A DNA stretch of 64,000 bases from Sphyrna mokarran (taxonomy: Eukaryota), in assembly GCA_024679065.1 (NCBI GenBank), contig JAGIQG010000012.1, positions 15,996,001-16,060,000 of the forward strand, written 5' to 3'. The translations under genes were made by a program, and so were the position numbers. The notes under the pieces were generated by a model. The model searched no databases. It was not told where the DNA came from and worked only from the letters and a program-made list of their open reading frames with translations. Below, piece after piece: positions 1-13,899 of this stretch (its first letter is position 1; each line of letters opens with the position of its first letter).

Positions 1-219
1 ATAAGTTCATCACAGGCTCAGAATCAGACAAAGTCAGGGAGAGGGATGAAGTCAATGGCTAAAAAAGAGAAAGATTGTGGCAAGGACCAAAAACCACGGT
101 TTTACTTTCCCATAGTTTTAGTTGGAAAAATCTCTACTCAGACAGTACTAGCCGTCGGTGAAGCAGTCGGATAAGTTAGAGACTGTGAAGGAGTCAAGAT
201 ATTGGCAGTTAAGAGGAGC

Positions 220-540
220 AGTGTCAGCTGTTGCTCAGTGGGTAGTGCACACACACATCGAAATCAAAATGCTGTGGGTTCAAACTCCACTCCAGAGACC
301 ATTAATTAGACATTAAACCATTTTGCCTCTCAGGTGAAGATGTTTTCCCCCAGTCTCCTGACTAATACATATCCTTTAAATCATCTCTTTAAAATATACA
401 ATACATATCAATGTATGCTAATACATGCGACAATAATAAATCAAATATACGATTTTGTCAATATTGCATTGCTGTTTGTCAGGCTTTGTTGCATGCACAA
501 GGGCAGTTCCATCTCCTGACATTACAACAGTGACAGTGGG
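220..540 (+). mobile_element. Degenerate tRNA-headed DeuSINE/SacSINE1-like SINE fragment
   Basis: Head 'gtgtcagctgttgctcagtgggtag...tgtgggttcaaactccactccagagac' is shared with the copies at 5029, 35126 and 54945; tail 'cattacaacagtgac'. Confidence 0.55.
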
Positions 541-2969
541 CAGGACTTTTCAGCTTGCTTGGCCAAGATGGGAAATCACTGACCGAGGTCAATGGAGATT
601 TCCATTGTAGGTTCCTTGCCCATACCTATTCCATGGTAGGCAAGATGGCACGATTCCGGCCTACATGTCCATAATATCTGCTTGAACAGGAGTGGAAAAT
701 GAGGTGATAAGAACCTATAAAGGGCAGAACACCATGGCAGGTAGGTGAAAGCAACAGATCAACTGGACAGTTGATTTTAACTATAATTGGTGGTAGAAAG
801 CAGGTGATCGTTGATCCACTGTCATTAAACATTCTGTTGATGCTCCTGTTCCACTTGGGTCAAAGATGTGTATGGGACAATCTCCTTGTGAAGGCCGAGC
901 AGAATTGTTAATGAGTTAATTTGCTTTCAAACTTGCTACATTCCACTGTCTTCATTTGAATAAAAGTAAAACACTACATCTATCAAAGTCAAATCCTGAA
1001 CTACATTCTCTCTTCTCACTTGTCCTCATTGTAATTTCATTAGTCCAGGCTCTGAACATGCAAATCTAATAGCAATACGGTTTCATAGGTCAGCTACTGA
1101 GAAGTACAGATTTTGGGCAGAGATAGGTGCAGGATAACTGAAGCCTAATGAAGATTAGGTGGAAACAAAAGATCTCCTGCAACCCTTCAAAAGCACCATC
1201 TAAAATGTTAATCAGTCATAATTTTAGTGATATGCAGTCAGTTATATAGGATAGATTAAGAGCAGGTATGGGAAAGGTGTGGTCAGCAACAGATAGGATA
1301 TTGCAGCAGTTGCTGTGCTTAAAGCACAACAGATGTTATAATGATCAGGACCTGGCAGTATGTTATTGGACCAGGAACACCCATAACAATTCTCTGTTAG
1401 AGAAGGAAGTATTCAACATCCAGAACTGTGAACATTACCTTGTTTCTGGCAACTGAATTAGTAGTAATGTGACAAAACTGGCAGCTGAGCAATATAGAGC
1501 AACAAACTTCAGAGAGAAGTCCGACTTAGAGAACTTAAAAACAGGAGTAGAATTGTCACCTGCTACGCCACAAAGAAAAACTTCTACAATCTGGTCTCAG
1601 TATATCACTTGTGAATCAACATGGCTAGGAAGAGTTGCAAAACATATTTGCTGTTTAATTAAATCTCTTGCTGATTAAATAGACTATACAAATTTCTCAT
1701 CTATGTTGATGAAGGACTCAATACTAAGATCAAGTGGCAGTGCTGAGAATTAAATGGATTGTAATGATTTTCCATCCCTACTTCCACCTTCACAAACACA
1801 CTCATGGGCACAAAATTACAAGATGTTCTGACAAGGATTTAACATCTGGGGAACAAGCAGTGAGGTAGTGTGTGACAATGCTCTAATTACAATCCAACCA
1901 GGATTAATGTACAGAAAACTTGAAGGGTCTACTTGCAGTTAAGGGTTCTGAATGAAATGAAATAGGATAGCCTAATCAGTTCCTACTGGACACAAGTCTA
2001 CAGCATAAAACAATTTGCAGCTTAAAAAATGACACTGAAGTAATTCTACCAGTACAGCTCAAATGGAAATTGTGACAGTAATGCCAAGCACTTGCAATAC
2101 TGCAACTCAAGAAAGAAACCATAAGAAATTGTAGGAGGTTACTCAAAACCATTGCAGCTGAGCACAATCCCGTTCTGAACCTGATACCTGCCATGTATGC
2201 ACATTTTAAACTCTGTTCATTGAATATTGATCAGCAGTGGGAATCTTGACAGCTGACTCCCACTCTATTCTCGGCCAATGGATGATGTATGAAATGGGAG
2301 TTCTGGCTAGTTTTCCCTTTTAGGCCACAACCACTTATTTATTCCTAGAATTTAGACTTCAGTGGCATCTTTAATATTTGTTTATCCCTACTTGCTCTCA
2401 AGATGATAGCTGCAGGGCCTCTTCCTGCACTGTGACAGACCATGTGGTGAAGACATTCCTACAATGCTATTTGGTAGGGAGTTTGAGGCTTTAATTCCAG
2501 CAACAGTGAAACATGTCCAAATTAGAGACTTGGAAGGACAGGGTTACAGAGGTAATGGACTTTTCATACATTTTTTTGCCCTTGCTCTTCCGGATGATGG
2601 AAGTCTTATGTTTGTGCAGTATTGCCAAATGCTTGGCTACTTGCTACAATACATTTTGCTGATATTAAGATGAGCCAAAAGACTTGCTGCTCCACACAGT
2701 TGGTTAAACTCTCTAAATCATAATGATAGTCTGCTCTCTTCAGCTCATTCTCAAGCAAGTTAATTCTTACAGACAAATCAGCATTTAGCATAGTACTATC
2801 ACCGTGGTAATAAATAAATAAGTTTTATTAAAACTACAAGCACTTATCTGCACATACAGATTGGCAGATCAACATGTCTACCCATTTGTTGTTTCCAGTT
2901 GCATACAAATAAATGTAAACATACGAAGAATACTTCAACACCAAGTGTCGTGCTAGCCTCCGCACTTAC

Positions 2970-3020
2970 CTAAGTCAGGTTTCAGTTCAGTCGGCAAGCT
3001 TAGTTTTCTTGACATCTTCG
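2970..3020 (-). CDS. STXBP5: STXBP5 alternative exon (present in m/b-tomosyn, absent in s-tomosyn), 51 nt: AKMSRKLSLPTELKPDL
   Basis: Boundaries ttttttcag|CG...TTAG|gtaagt; matches recalled AKMSRKLSLPTDLKPDL; phase 1 to 1. Confidence 0.93.
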
Positions 3021-3289
3021 CTGAAAAAAACCCACAGAAAGTTAGGTTTAGGCAAAATGATACAAACCAGTACTGAAGCGTGGAGTCATAAACTGATATA
3101 TTTCCTTGTCGATTCAAGACCACTTAATACATACTGCAGGATTAACACAAGCCAAGATTCCAATGAGATTTGCCAAACACCTCCCCCTTTGAAGGGTTTA
3201 CCTTAGAACACAAAGATGGTTTCCAAACACCATTTTTGAAACTCAGCATATCACTCCACCCCACTTCAATGAAATACAAGACAATACCA

Positions 3290-4330
3290 GCAGCAGCCAA
3301 CACTCGCATTTAAATAATGCCAAGGCCCTTTAAAGGATCAAATATCAGAAAAAGAATGTTGAGCTACATGAAGAAATATTACAACAGGTGAACAAAAGTT
3401 TGACCAATCAAGTAGGTTTTAAGGAACATTTGAGACAAGGAAAGAGATTTAGGGAGGAAATTCCAGGTATCAGCAGGTGAGCTGAAGTAGGGTTGAAAGT
3501 CAGCATTCATTGTGACAGAGAGGAAGTTCAGCTCTAGATCAAACTGGATGGCAAGATAGTCAATCATACAATTTAGCCTCAATTTGTGACCAGTGAGAAG
3601 GATGGAGTTAGTGAACAGGGAGCAGAGTTTATCTTTTTGACTTTCTCAATACTACACTACAGAAAATGCTAGATATCACATGAGTAGGTTGACAAATCAA
3701 CTACAGCAGTGGGGTGGTTGAGAGTAGTATTGTTAAAGTAGAGCTGGGTGGCATCACTAGATACGTAGAACAGGTCGTCACTATTTATGATGACACCAAA
3801 GGGCAGCTTCTTGGGGAATACCAGAGGTAATGGCATAGAAATGGATAAATAAGCCATTGCAGATGATTTTATGACTATGACTGAATAGACAGAAACAGAA
3901 CCAATGTGGACTATACAGGAGTCGGAGGTGGATGATGTGGCTACCTAGTTAACGGCCGCAGATAAGTCAAGTGGGTGAGAAGATAATTTAATACTGTGAC
4001 AGTCACAATGTCACGTGATTTTGATGAGGGCTATTTCAATATTGAGGCAAAAATAGAAATCTGATTGATGGGGTTCAAAAACGGAGTTGCAGGAAGAATC
4101 GAGATGACAACACATTTAAGCAGCTTTAAGAGGAAAGAGATGCTGGAGAGGAAGCAGCAGTTTGCCAATATAGAGCGAACAAGGACTATTTTTTGGTGAT
4201 GTTAATGACAAGGACAAAGAATATGAGACAGCACTTGAGGAGAATAACAATCAATGGGGGGGAAACAAGAAAGGAAGTTGGATGCTCAGATAGTAGGGTT
4301 AGGTAGGCTGCATGAACAAGGTGAACTTGT
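3290..4330 (-). mobile_element. Old L2-type LINE fragment(s)
   Basis: Purine-rich plus strand with L2-like phrases ('agagctgggtggcatcactagatacgtagaac', 'gataagtcaagtgggtgaaga'); related segments at 60-220, 11590-12320 and 28900-29530. Confidence 0.5.
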
Positions 4331-5028
4331 AAAGGACACAAAGAAAAATAGATAAATCATGGAGATAAAAGGTATGTGGGGGAGGGGGGGCAGTGTTGGG
4401 GCAGGAGAAAAGAGGGGAGGAATTTAAAAAGACAGTTTGTAATGGAGGTGAGAAACTACTGACTATATTATTTTAAGTTAATGCTGGAAGAATAGGCAAT
4501 TTTGCAGAGAAGAACAACACCAAAATGGTGTTTTATGTAGTCCAGTCAGATCTGCCAATGTATTGCCAGATCAGCTGTCCAACAGCAATTTTCAATTCTG
4601 CTATCCATAAATTTTACTTCAAAGCTAGTTCTCCTTCCACTGGAATACAAAGGTAGTTCTTTCAACTGTATTTGCAACTCAACAATATCACTTCATCAGT
4701 AAAATATAAAGCAGCTTTTCAGTTTTCTTTGGAGCTCAATCTACCCTTATCATTGAAATACAAGGCAACTTCTGTCACAATATTTGGAACTCAGTAATCT
4801 CTCCTTTCACCTGAATACAAGACAATTGTTCCAGTCATATTTGGAATTCATCAATACCTATTTTCAAATAGAAAGCAATCTTTTATTTACAAATTTGCAT
4901 CAAGCCATATCCCACATGACCTTTCTCACCCCTCCAATTGGCTGGGATTGTACATTATCACCTACATCTCAAATTTTATACTTGTATGCTAAAACTAGGA
5001 TGGGCCCACCCAACCAGTGATTGTTAAG

Positions 5029-5410
5029 GTGTCAGCTGTGATTCAGCTGGTACACTTCAGTCTGAGTTAGAAGCTTGTGGATTCAAATTCTATTCCACAG
5101 AATGGAACACTGTTTAAGTTGGCATTTCAGTGCAGCTTTGAGAGACTGTTGTACTGCCTTTCTGACCAATAATTGAACAGAATTTTCCATCTGTTCTCTT
5201 GAGGTTAAGTGCAAGTTTTCTGCTGTGTCCTAGACAATATTTATCTCATTGCTGACAGGTGTGGCTGTGCATAAACTGACTGGTTTATGAGTATTTTGTG
5301 CATAAATTGTCTATTTCAATTGTCTACAGTTCAAAGTAGTACATTGGTTGCAAGTGTTTTGTGGTGTCTAGGGTACACGAAAGGCATTAGGTAAATGCAA
5401 TTCCTTTTTT
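5029..5410 (+). mobile_element. DeuSINE/SacSINE1-like SINE
   Basis: tRNA-like head 'gtgtcagctgtgattcagctggtacac...ctgagttagaagcttgtggattcaaat'; tail 'aaggcattaggtaaatgcaattccttt'. Confidence 0.6.
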
Positions 5411-5499
5411 CTTTAACTAACTTTAACTAGCTAGCATTAGCTCGCTTTCTTCTGAATCTTGTCTTTTGGAGGAAATCCCCATTTGACAACATATCATAC

Positions 5500-6135
5500 T
5501 GTTGCAGAGGGACCTGGGGTGTAGTGCATAAGTCTCTGAAGGTGGCAGAGCAGGTGGAGAAGGTTGTGAAGAAAGCATATAGTATGCTAGCCTTTATAGC
5601 AAGGGGTATAGAGTACAAGAGGTGGCTTTTAATGTTGCAGTTGTATAAAACGTTAGTTAGACCTCATTTGGAATACCGCGTCCAGTTCTGGTCGCCTTAC
5701 TACCAAAAGGACGTGGAGACTCTGGAGAGAGTGCAGAGGAGGTTTACCAGGATGCTGCCTGGTATGGAAGGTCTGAGTTACGAGGAGAGGTTAGGCAAAT
5801 TGGGGCTGTTTTCCTTGGAAAGACATAGACTTAGAGGAGATCTAATAGAGGTGTACAAGATTATGAGGGATATAGATAGAGTAAACAGGGTTAAGCTTTC
5901 TTCTAGGATGGACTCGAATAGCACGAGGTGTCATGGGCTTAGGGTGAGGGGGATAAGGTATAATTTGGACGCTAGAGGGAGTTTTTTCCACACAGAGGGT
6001 GGTGGAGGTATGGCATATGCTGCCAAGTAAAGTGGTGGAGGCAGGCACTCTGGAATTATTAAAGAAATACTTAGATGGGCACATGAACAGAATGGGAATG
6101 GAGGGGTATAGAAAATTGATTTAAAATAGGGATCA
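5500..6135 (+). mobile_element. CR1/HER1-type LINE, 5'-truncated; C-terminal ORF2 still open for 168 aa
   Basis: ORF 5524..6030 'LYKTLVRPHLEYRVQFWSPYYQKDVETLERVQRRFTRMLPGMEGLSYEERLGKLGLFSLE..RLRGDLIEVYKI' is the hallmark CR1 ORF2 C-terminus. Confidence 0.92.
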
Positions 6136-6334
6136 TGAGCCTTGGAAGTCCCTGGGAAGTGCATAAATAGATGATGATATTGATGTACTTGTTTTTATCC
6201 TACAGGTGCTTTGGTCCACCTTGTTGTCTAACAAGGGGGTATACATGCGATGGGTTGTGAGAAGGCTGCTCTTGGATTTTGAGAATATCCTAGTGCTTCA
6301 CATCGTTAGTGTACGCTTGACTGGACCATTTGAT

Positions 6335-6650
6335 GGGCAACACAACAGCTCAGTGACTATCGCTGTGCTGTGCAGATACATGAATTTGGGCCTGTGTCTG
6401 TGGGAGTTTGCGCTTTCTCCCCGTGCTTGCGTGAATTATCTCTGGGTGCTCCGGTTTCCTCCCACATCCCAAAAATGTGCTCTTAGGCTAATTGGCAAAA
6501 CAAATTCTCCCTAAATTGTCTCAAATTTGTTTTTAAATCCATAGATCTATAAACATAGACAGGAATCACAGGTAGAGGTGGGAACATCGGGGCGGCGGCA
6601 CAGGCTCGTTGGGCCGAAGGGCCTGTTTTCCATGCTATTCTGTTCTTTGT
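6335..6650 (+). mobile_element. HE1-like V-SINE with CR1-derived tail
   Basis: V-domain 'gtctgtgggagtttgcgctttctccccgtgcttgcgtg...ctccggtttcctcccacatccc'; tail 'gggccgaagggcctgttttccatgct'. Confidence 0.7.
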
Positions 6651-6889
6651 TAGGTCTTTTACAGGGACTGGAACTGCAACAGATCATGGAAGAGCTAAAT
6701 TCCATCCTGCTGAATCGTATTAATGGGATCCTTAGACGCCTGCATCCAGATGCAAATCAACATTTAGAATGGGCATGGAAGCTCTGGCATATTAGTGCAT
6801 TGGATAGAAAATGAATTAACAACAGAAAATAGAAGTGATAACAGCAAATCAGAAAAAAAGCTTTGAGAACGGCCAAAGGACAAGATAAG

Positions 6890-7066
6890 GATTGCCTGTT
6901 GTAACAATGGAGTCAGATACTTTAGGAACTTTGAAGCAGTTATTGGAAAGGCACATGGAGCACAGCAGAATGATAAGCTTGATCTTGGTTTCGGACAAAG
7001 GTCGGCACAACATTGAGGGCTGAAGAATCTGTGCTGTGCTATAGTGTTCTACGTTCTCTGTTCTAC
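6890..7066 (+). mobile_element. CR1 3'-end fragment
   Basis: 'ggtcggcacaacattgagggctgaagaatctgtgctgtgctatagtgttctacgttct' resembles the CR1 3' UTR and tail. Confidence 0.65.
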
Positions 7067-9809
7067 AAGGGAAAAGATAAAGGAGATACTGCAAGATAAA
7101 ATACTTTAATGCCACTGTTTCCCTATTCAGGCGATATGGAGACAGAGGAGGAGTTGACCCCTAGACTCCTAGATTCTCGTCAATTGGTTATTATTAAATG
7201 TGTTGCATATACGAAGAGGGACGCTCCTGTGCAATTAGGAAAGCCTGTCCTGATTTCTCAGCATGAGAAATAATAAGGGTAAAGTTATTAAATGCCCTTT
7301 TGGAACCACTCTCTTGCCAGATGGCCCTTTTGCCTTTGTACAACTTGATTTTATTGAATAACCTACGACATTCAATGACCCTGCTAGCAGCGCTAAATGT
7401 TGAAGTGGAAACTTTCCTGCTTCTTGAATGTGGTAGAAAGACGCAACAAAGTTTGTTCCACCAAAATAAATTCCAAGAAGAAGTTTCAGAAAGAAATACA
7501 GAATAGGAGGGACCAGGCCAAATGGTCCCTCTAGTCTGCCCTGTCATTCAAAAAAAAATCACACCAGATCTTCTAGCTCACCTCACTTTCCAACCTAATC
7601 CACCTTTTGCTGAATTCTCATATTGTCTTATGATCTAGAAATCTGAGTCTTGAACGTAGTCAATAACTAAGCAAATACAGGCCTCTGCAATAAAGATTCA
7701 GTGCTCTGGCTGAACAGATTTCTTCCCAGACATAATCAATGATTTCAAAAGGAAACTTGATTGGCACCATAAAGTTACAGGGGAGTGGGATTGGCTAGAG
7801 CAGCTGGGATGGTATTAATGGGACAAGTGGCCTCCATCTGGGTCATAAATGGTAACAGCTCAAATCTCTCTAAGAATTTTGTACATTGCACTAAAATCAT
7901 CCCTTATTCTTTTAAGCTCCACAGAATATAGGCCCCATTAAATTGGACAAGTCAACTGCAAGTAGATTTTAAACACAGATGAATGTAATGAACACTGACA
8001 TAGAAGATATGAAAAATGCCTGCACACAGACAAAAAACAGTAAAAGGATATGGTTGTTGCTGCTGGTTATTCACTAAAAGTTCCCAATCAATATAAAACT
8101 TTTCAACAGGATAATGATGTACTGGGATGTTGTTCAAGTCTTGTACACATCAGTTGCTGAGATAATGTGCTAAATATAGTTCTGGGCATCCTAACGTCAC
8201 CATATGTTAAAAGAGAATTCAGAGAAGAGCAGGAAGTGAGATTCAGGTACTGATTTCTCAGTATAAACTAAAACTGAAATTAGCATTAGTGAAAAGGTTG
8301 GTGAAGGCATTATTTTGCAATTATTTAATCTATCTGCAGAGAAATTGAACAAGTTGCCTTCCTTTGCTGTCACGCTGCGGATCACTCAAATTTGTGTCAC
8401 ATCTATAATTCAAAGGCTGATTGTATTTTAACCAAACAAACCAAGAAAATCACAACAAGCAGATGGTATGAATTAATAAGCAGCAAGCAGAATGAAAAGT
8501 ATTATTGCATTGGAAAAATCAACATCAAGTCCGTCCAGCAAGAGTAAAAGTTTGAGTCAAACATTTTAATAGGATCATTTAAAAGTACTTTTTCTCTCAG
8601 TCTGCCAAGATTTATAACAGAATTAAAAGATTAGAAAACATTTTCAGTTTGCAAATATTTATCAAATTGCTTTCGTATCTTCAGCATCTTCATGAAGATT
8701 ACACTAACAGAGACACCGTCATGTAACTATGTAAAATCAGCTGCAGTGCCCTGCATCTGCCCGTAACACAGTACACAGGCTCAGGCTGTTCAGTCCGTTG
8801 GGTCTGCCTGTAATTTAATAGTGTCATGTTTGACTATTAATCTTAACCTCATTTACCCACATTGGTCCCACATCCCTTAATACACTGGCTTTACATACAC
8901 CTATCAATGTCAATTTTTAAAAAAAAATTCAATTGCATTTTGTTTCATTTGAAATATTTATCCATTTCCTATAAAAAGTCTGTCTCAATCACAATGGAAC
9001 TGCAGATATCCGCCACCATTGATGGGCTGAATGGTCTTTATGCACTGAACATTTCTATGGTACGAGCTGTGACCAATATCCCCAGAATTTCCCAGCTTGA
9101 ATCAACATAATTCCCTCGTGGCAGTGTGTAGAATTTTTGCATAATTTTGGACACCTGTCCATTCTTTTAACACTTAGAATCAAGAATACTCATAGGAAAT
9201 GTATTTATTACCCCAAGCGTAAGTCAAATTACATCTTTCCAGACGTGTAGTATTTTTTGAAAATCACTTGAAAGCTAAAGGAAGATTAACTTGAAAGCCT
9301 TTAAGCTGAAACTTCAGTGACACAGAATTTGCAAATCTGTACTCTGTTTATATTTAGAAATCTAAGACACTTTCAGCTGTGGTGCTTAAAGGAAATAATT
9401 TTTCAAGAACTCATTTCAATGTCACTGGAAAGTGAAATCTGAAGACACTTCTTTCAAAATTCTTGCACTATTGCTGTGCATCTCATTTCTACTTCTACAA
9501 TCCAATTGCAAAATTCGCAAACTCCAGAATTATTCCCTCATTGTTGCCAAAGAATCTGCTCTCAGAGCTATCAGATTGCAGGATGTCACTTTGTAACTGA
9601 CTACCAAATACCTCTCCAATGTCGTAAATTCTCATTCTGCATTATACAAAACCCCAGGTCACAAACCCTTGATAACATTCTGCAATTCCACAACTACCCA
9701 CTCCATGCCCCACAGGTGACAGCTTTTGCCAGTGATGACTCTTGCTTCAATCAGCTTCACGGATTGAAGTTCCATTCCAGAGGTTAACACCATAATGCAA
9801 TACCTTCTC

Positions 9810-10055
9810 AGGCAGGCAAAATAAATCTCATGACACTATCTGAAGCATAACAGGAGTTCTTGCTGAAGTCCTGGCCAATATTTAACTCTCAATGAACACC
9901 ACTAATACAGATGATTTCATCAACTTGTTGCTTTGTGAGAGAGCTTGCTGAGCACAAATTAGCTCGTGATGCGTTTTCTTACAATGGTACAGATATTCAA
10001 AAGCTAATTGGTTGCAAAGCACTTTAACACATCTTGAGTTCTTAAAAGACATTGT
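9810..10055 (+). mobile_element. DeuSINE-like 3' fragment
   Basis: 'caggagttcttgctgaagtcctggccaatatttaactctcaa...gagcttgctgagcacaaattagct' resembles the Deu domain. Confidence 0.55.
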
Positions 10056-10619
10056 ATAAACTCAAGTTTATGTTCTCCCAAATCACAGGAAACTAATTCC
10101 TCCCTTCTGCTAAATCCCTTAAACAAAGGTGTTCTAGGTTCCAGGGCTCCCAACAACAATGTCAAAACTTCAGAGTCCCCTTTTCATTCTGCTAAGTATT
10201 AGAACCGCCAGCACAGTTCAGTCAAACCTTCAGAATTCCAATTCCAAGGCTTCCAAATTCTAAACACCCTATTATACAAAACTAAACACTTCCCTTTCTA
10301 TATCCACCAATTACACAACTAACTTGAAAATGGCACATGCTGCCCATCAAATTACTATATTTCCTGAGCTTCACCAAAAGATAATGGATAAAATCAAATA
10401 CATAATAAAAGAAACACTTATTCATGAGGTCACAAATGTAGTTTACACAGAGCAATGGACACTTGGATTTTCAGATTCTCAAGACAACTTGTGTGGTATT
10501 ACAGTCTATGAGTAATCAGAGGAGATAGGTACTTTCATCTGGTTTTGGTTTCGTTCAATCCAACATATATGGAATTTAAAAGCTAGTTGCCATAAAATCC
10601 ATGCCCTTGTCCAAGTCCA

Positions 10620-10940
10620 TCCAGGGGAGATGGTGAAATGTGACTGGACTGGTATTCCGGAGGTCCAGGCCAATGTTCTGGGGTTCAAATGCTATCATTG
10701 CAGTTGGTGGAATTTAAATTCAATTCATAATCTGAAATTGGAAAGCATGTCTCAGTAATTATTGGCAAAATATATCAAAAACATGCAGCTCACCAATGTC
10801 CTTACATGTGATTCAGACCAATAATAATTTGGTTGAAAAACAATTGCTCTCTGAAATAGTGTGGAATGCCACTCAAAGGCAATTAGGGATGGGCAATAAA
10901 TACTGGTCTTGCCAGCAATGTCCACCTCCCATGATAAAAA
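10620..10940 (+). mobile_element. SINE with CR1-like tail
   Basis: 'ccggaggtccaggccaatgttctggggttcaaatg...aattagggatgggcaataaatactggtcttgccagcaatgtccacctcccatga'; related copies near 18330-18660 and 30760-31150. Confidence 0.55.
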
Positions 10941-11589
10941 AATCCAAATATTTTGATAGTTTTTGTCTTCAAGGTTTCTGACTTGAGAAAGTACCAAACC
11001 AATTATTTCAGATATTAGCAACTACATGCTATTTGCTTTATTTTGTAGCTACCAGTTAACTTTTGAATCTGGCAGGGAATTTGTCAAAGCTAAGAAGCTG
11101 GAGTTTTCAGGAATATTTAATGCATTAAGTTCACAAAATTAGTTTGAAACTTTCACAAGTTAGGTCAGACTTGTTTAGTTCCCACAATGGCACAAAACAG
11201 ATGGTAAAAGCGCATTAAGTGCTATGAAGAACATTAAAGCTGGTTGTTGATTCATGGCCATGAATACAGCTATACACATATTATGATTGATATCCCCTTT
11301 CAATTGTTCATCAGCCTGCTTTTCAAGAGGGGATCGTTCAACAAGTTGTAAGGTCAAGTAAAGTACACTTTCAACGTGCAGCTTCAGAATATATAAATCG
11401 GGCTCCAAACAAACCATTATTTCAACATTTATAATGTGTAATGCCTCTGGAAAAGTATTTCACATCTTAAAGGAATATTATCCCTATTAAAAGCTATTAA
11501 ATAGTTCACATTAATGAACACTTCAATACTGAGTTAAGATACATTAATTATTCATGTAACAAAGCCCTCAGTTCGCTGACATCAATGAG

Positions 11590-12320
11590 CAGCAATAACT
11601 TATATTTATATAACATAACAAAATTGTTCGAGGTGCTTCATAAGAGGAGCATTATAGAACATTATAGGACACTGAGCAACATAAGAGATATTAAATCAGA
11701 TGATCAAAAGCTTGGTCAAAGTTGTAGGCTTTTAGGGGTACAGTTATGTTGGAAGGTTGCAGGACTGTACATGATTAAACAGAGACGAGGAGGCGGAGGC
11801 GGAGAGGTCTGGAGGGATTTCAAAAACCAGGATGAAAGTTTTGAAATTGAGGTGTTGTTTGAATAGGAGCTAATTTAAATGTGAGCACAAGGATGATGGT
11901 TAAGACATGGGCAGCAGAATTTTAGATGACAGGAGGGTACAAAGTAGGACAGAACAGCTGTGATGGACTGAAATAGTCATGTCTAGAGGGATACAAAAGG
12001 TAAGGACGAGTCCATCAGCAGCAGACAACAGTGAGGACAAAATAGGGCAATTTTACGAATGTGGAAACTGTTCGTCTTAATGACGGAATGACAGCTCATC
12101 TCAGGATCACGTGACATCAACATTGCGAACAGACTGGTTTAGACTTGCACAAGTGGCAAATGGAGGGGAATAAGTCAGGACTCAGGAAATGAAGCTATAA
12201 GTAAGTATTCCCAATAGTTAATTGGAGGAAATTTCTGTTCATCCACTATTGAATGTTGAATAGGCACAGCCTGATAATTTAACAACTGTAGTGGAGACAA
12301 GAAAGATGGTGAGGTATAAC
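11590..12320 (-). mobile_element. L2-type LINE fragment
   Basis: Similar to 3290-4330, e.g. 'gatcaaaagcttggtcaaag..taggctttt' and 'ttcccaatagttaattggaggaaatttctgttcatcca'. Confidence 0.5.
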
Positions 12321-13009
12321 AACAGAGTTAATGAGTGCTGTCCTTACTACTTCTTCTCCAGGCTAACATACTGTTAACTTAAAAGCAATATCTCAAGAAG
12401 GCCAGCTGTTTTTGCTTAGTCCAGACAAACATCTGTGACCTCAATCTATTAAAGAGATGAGGTTACTTGAAATACCATTTCCTCTGGCCAACCATGAGCA
12501 ATTCCATGGGAGATTCACTAACATTACATATCTAACACATTTGAAAAGTTTGTTAAAAAAGCTAAACATGATATATTGAGGTCTGACTAGAGATGCAAAG
12601 TTCCATTATTCTCACGTGACAAATCATTTCACAATTTATACAAGAAATACTACAACTTACCACCACTGAGGAGATATCTGCCATTGATATCCTGAGTGTA
12701 AGAGTAGAGACAGAATATAATTATTCAGTCTCTACTTAGATAACTTATTTACCTGTCAGGACTAAGACTTGCATAAGTACCCAGAAAATAGTGCATTTTA
12801 GTCATTTTGACAGTGTTTACATTCCAGTTCTATTGATTATTGACATTATAAATAATTAATGGAGTTTTCAGCATTTCTCATGATGAGACAGGGATATGTT
12901 TTATAATGAATGGAATATTTGTGGTCCAGTGAAAAATGCATTATTTTGGTGTTATATTACCTAGTAAAAAATTATAATGAATAGTAGGTAAAATAATTGC
13001 ATATAGAAT

Positions 13010-13697
13010 TTTAAAAATGCTACAATTCTAAAGGGAATCCAGGACCAAGGGAACCTGCTCAAATCATTGAAGTTGGCAGGACTGTTGAGAAAGCAATCAA
13101 TGAAGCATATGGGATTTGGAGCTTTATAAATAGCAGCACAGTGTTAGATAAAAGTAAGGAAGTTGTGATGAATCATAAAACACTGGTTCTGCCTCAACTG
13201 AAAAACTGTGTCTCATTCTGAGCAGTACACTTTAAGAATTATTGTAAAAGTATTTGAGAGGGTGGAGAGAAAAAAAGGCTTACAAGAATAGCTCCAGCAT
13301 AAAGGGCATCAGCTGCATAGGTAGATTGGAGAAACTGGGGCTGCTCTCAGAAGGCTGAAAGATTTGGGAGATGTTCAAAATCATGATGGGGAGAAATTGT
13401 TCCTGTTTGTGGAGATGTTGGAAACGCAGAATATTCTGATTTAAGATGATTGGTAAAAAGTAATGGCAGCATGAGGAAAAACATTATTACACAAGTGGTA
13501 AAGACCTGGAACGTACAAAATGTGCAGTGGAAGCAGATTCAAGCAAAGCTTTTAAAAGAGAATTGGACCATATTCTGAACAGAAAGGAATTGCAGGGCTA
13601 TGGGAGATGCGGCAGAGTGCAACATGAGTTGCTCTTGGAGAGCCGGCATGGACAAAACTGGCCAAATGGTTTCATTCTGAACTGTAACCATTCTATG
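13010..13697 (+). mobile_element. Degenerate CR1 LINE 3' portion
   Basis: Decayed 'YKTLV.PQLE.CV.FW' coding sequence plus 3' UTR 'gccggcatggacaaaactggccaaatggtttcattctgaactgtaaccattctatg'. Confidence 0.75.
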
Positions 13698-13899
13698 GAT
13701 CCAAAATAATGAGATAAAATTATGTATTAATTACAACGATGATTCCCTTTTGGTTTGATCAAATTTGTCAACTTAATAAATTGCATATAAAATATTACAC
13801 TATTTACTAAAATCTTCTGTGGCATTGCATAACAGAGTCAAAATGACATATTTCTGGATGCTGACCAAGACCATTTAAACTTTGGTGTTTTAATTGACA

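Noticed and set aside
5524-6030. 168-aa ORF as a host protein gene
   Set aside because: It is the CR1 ORF2 C-terminus of a truncated LINE.
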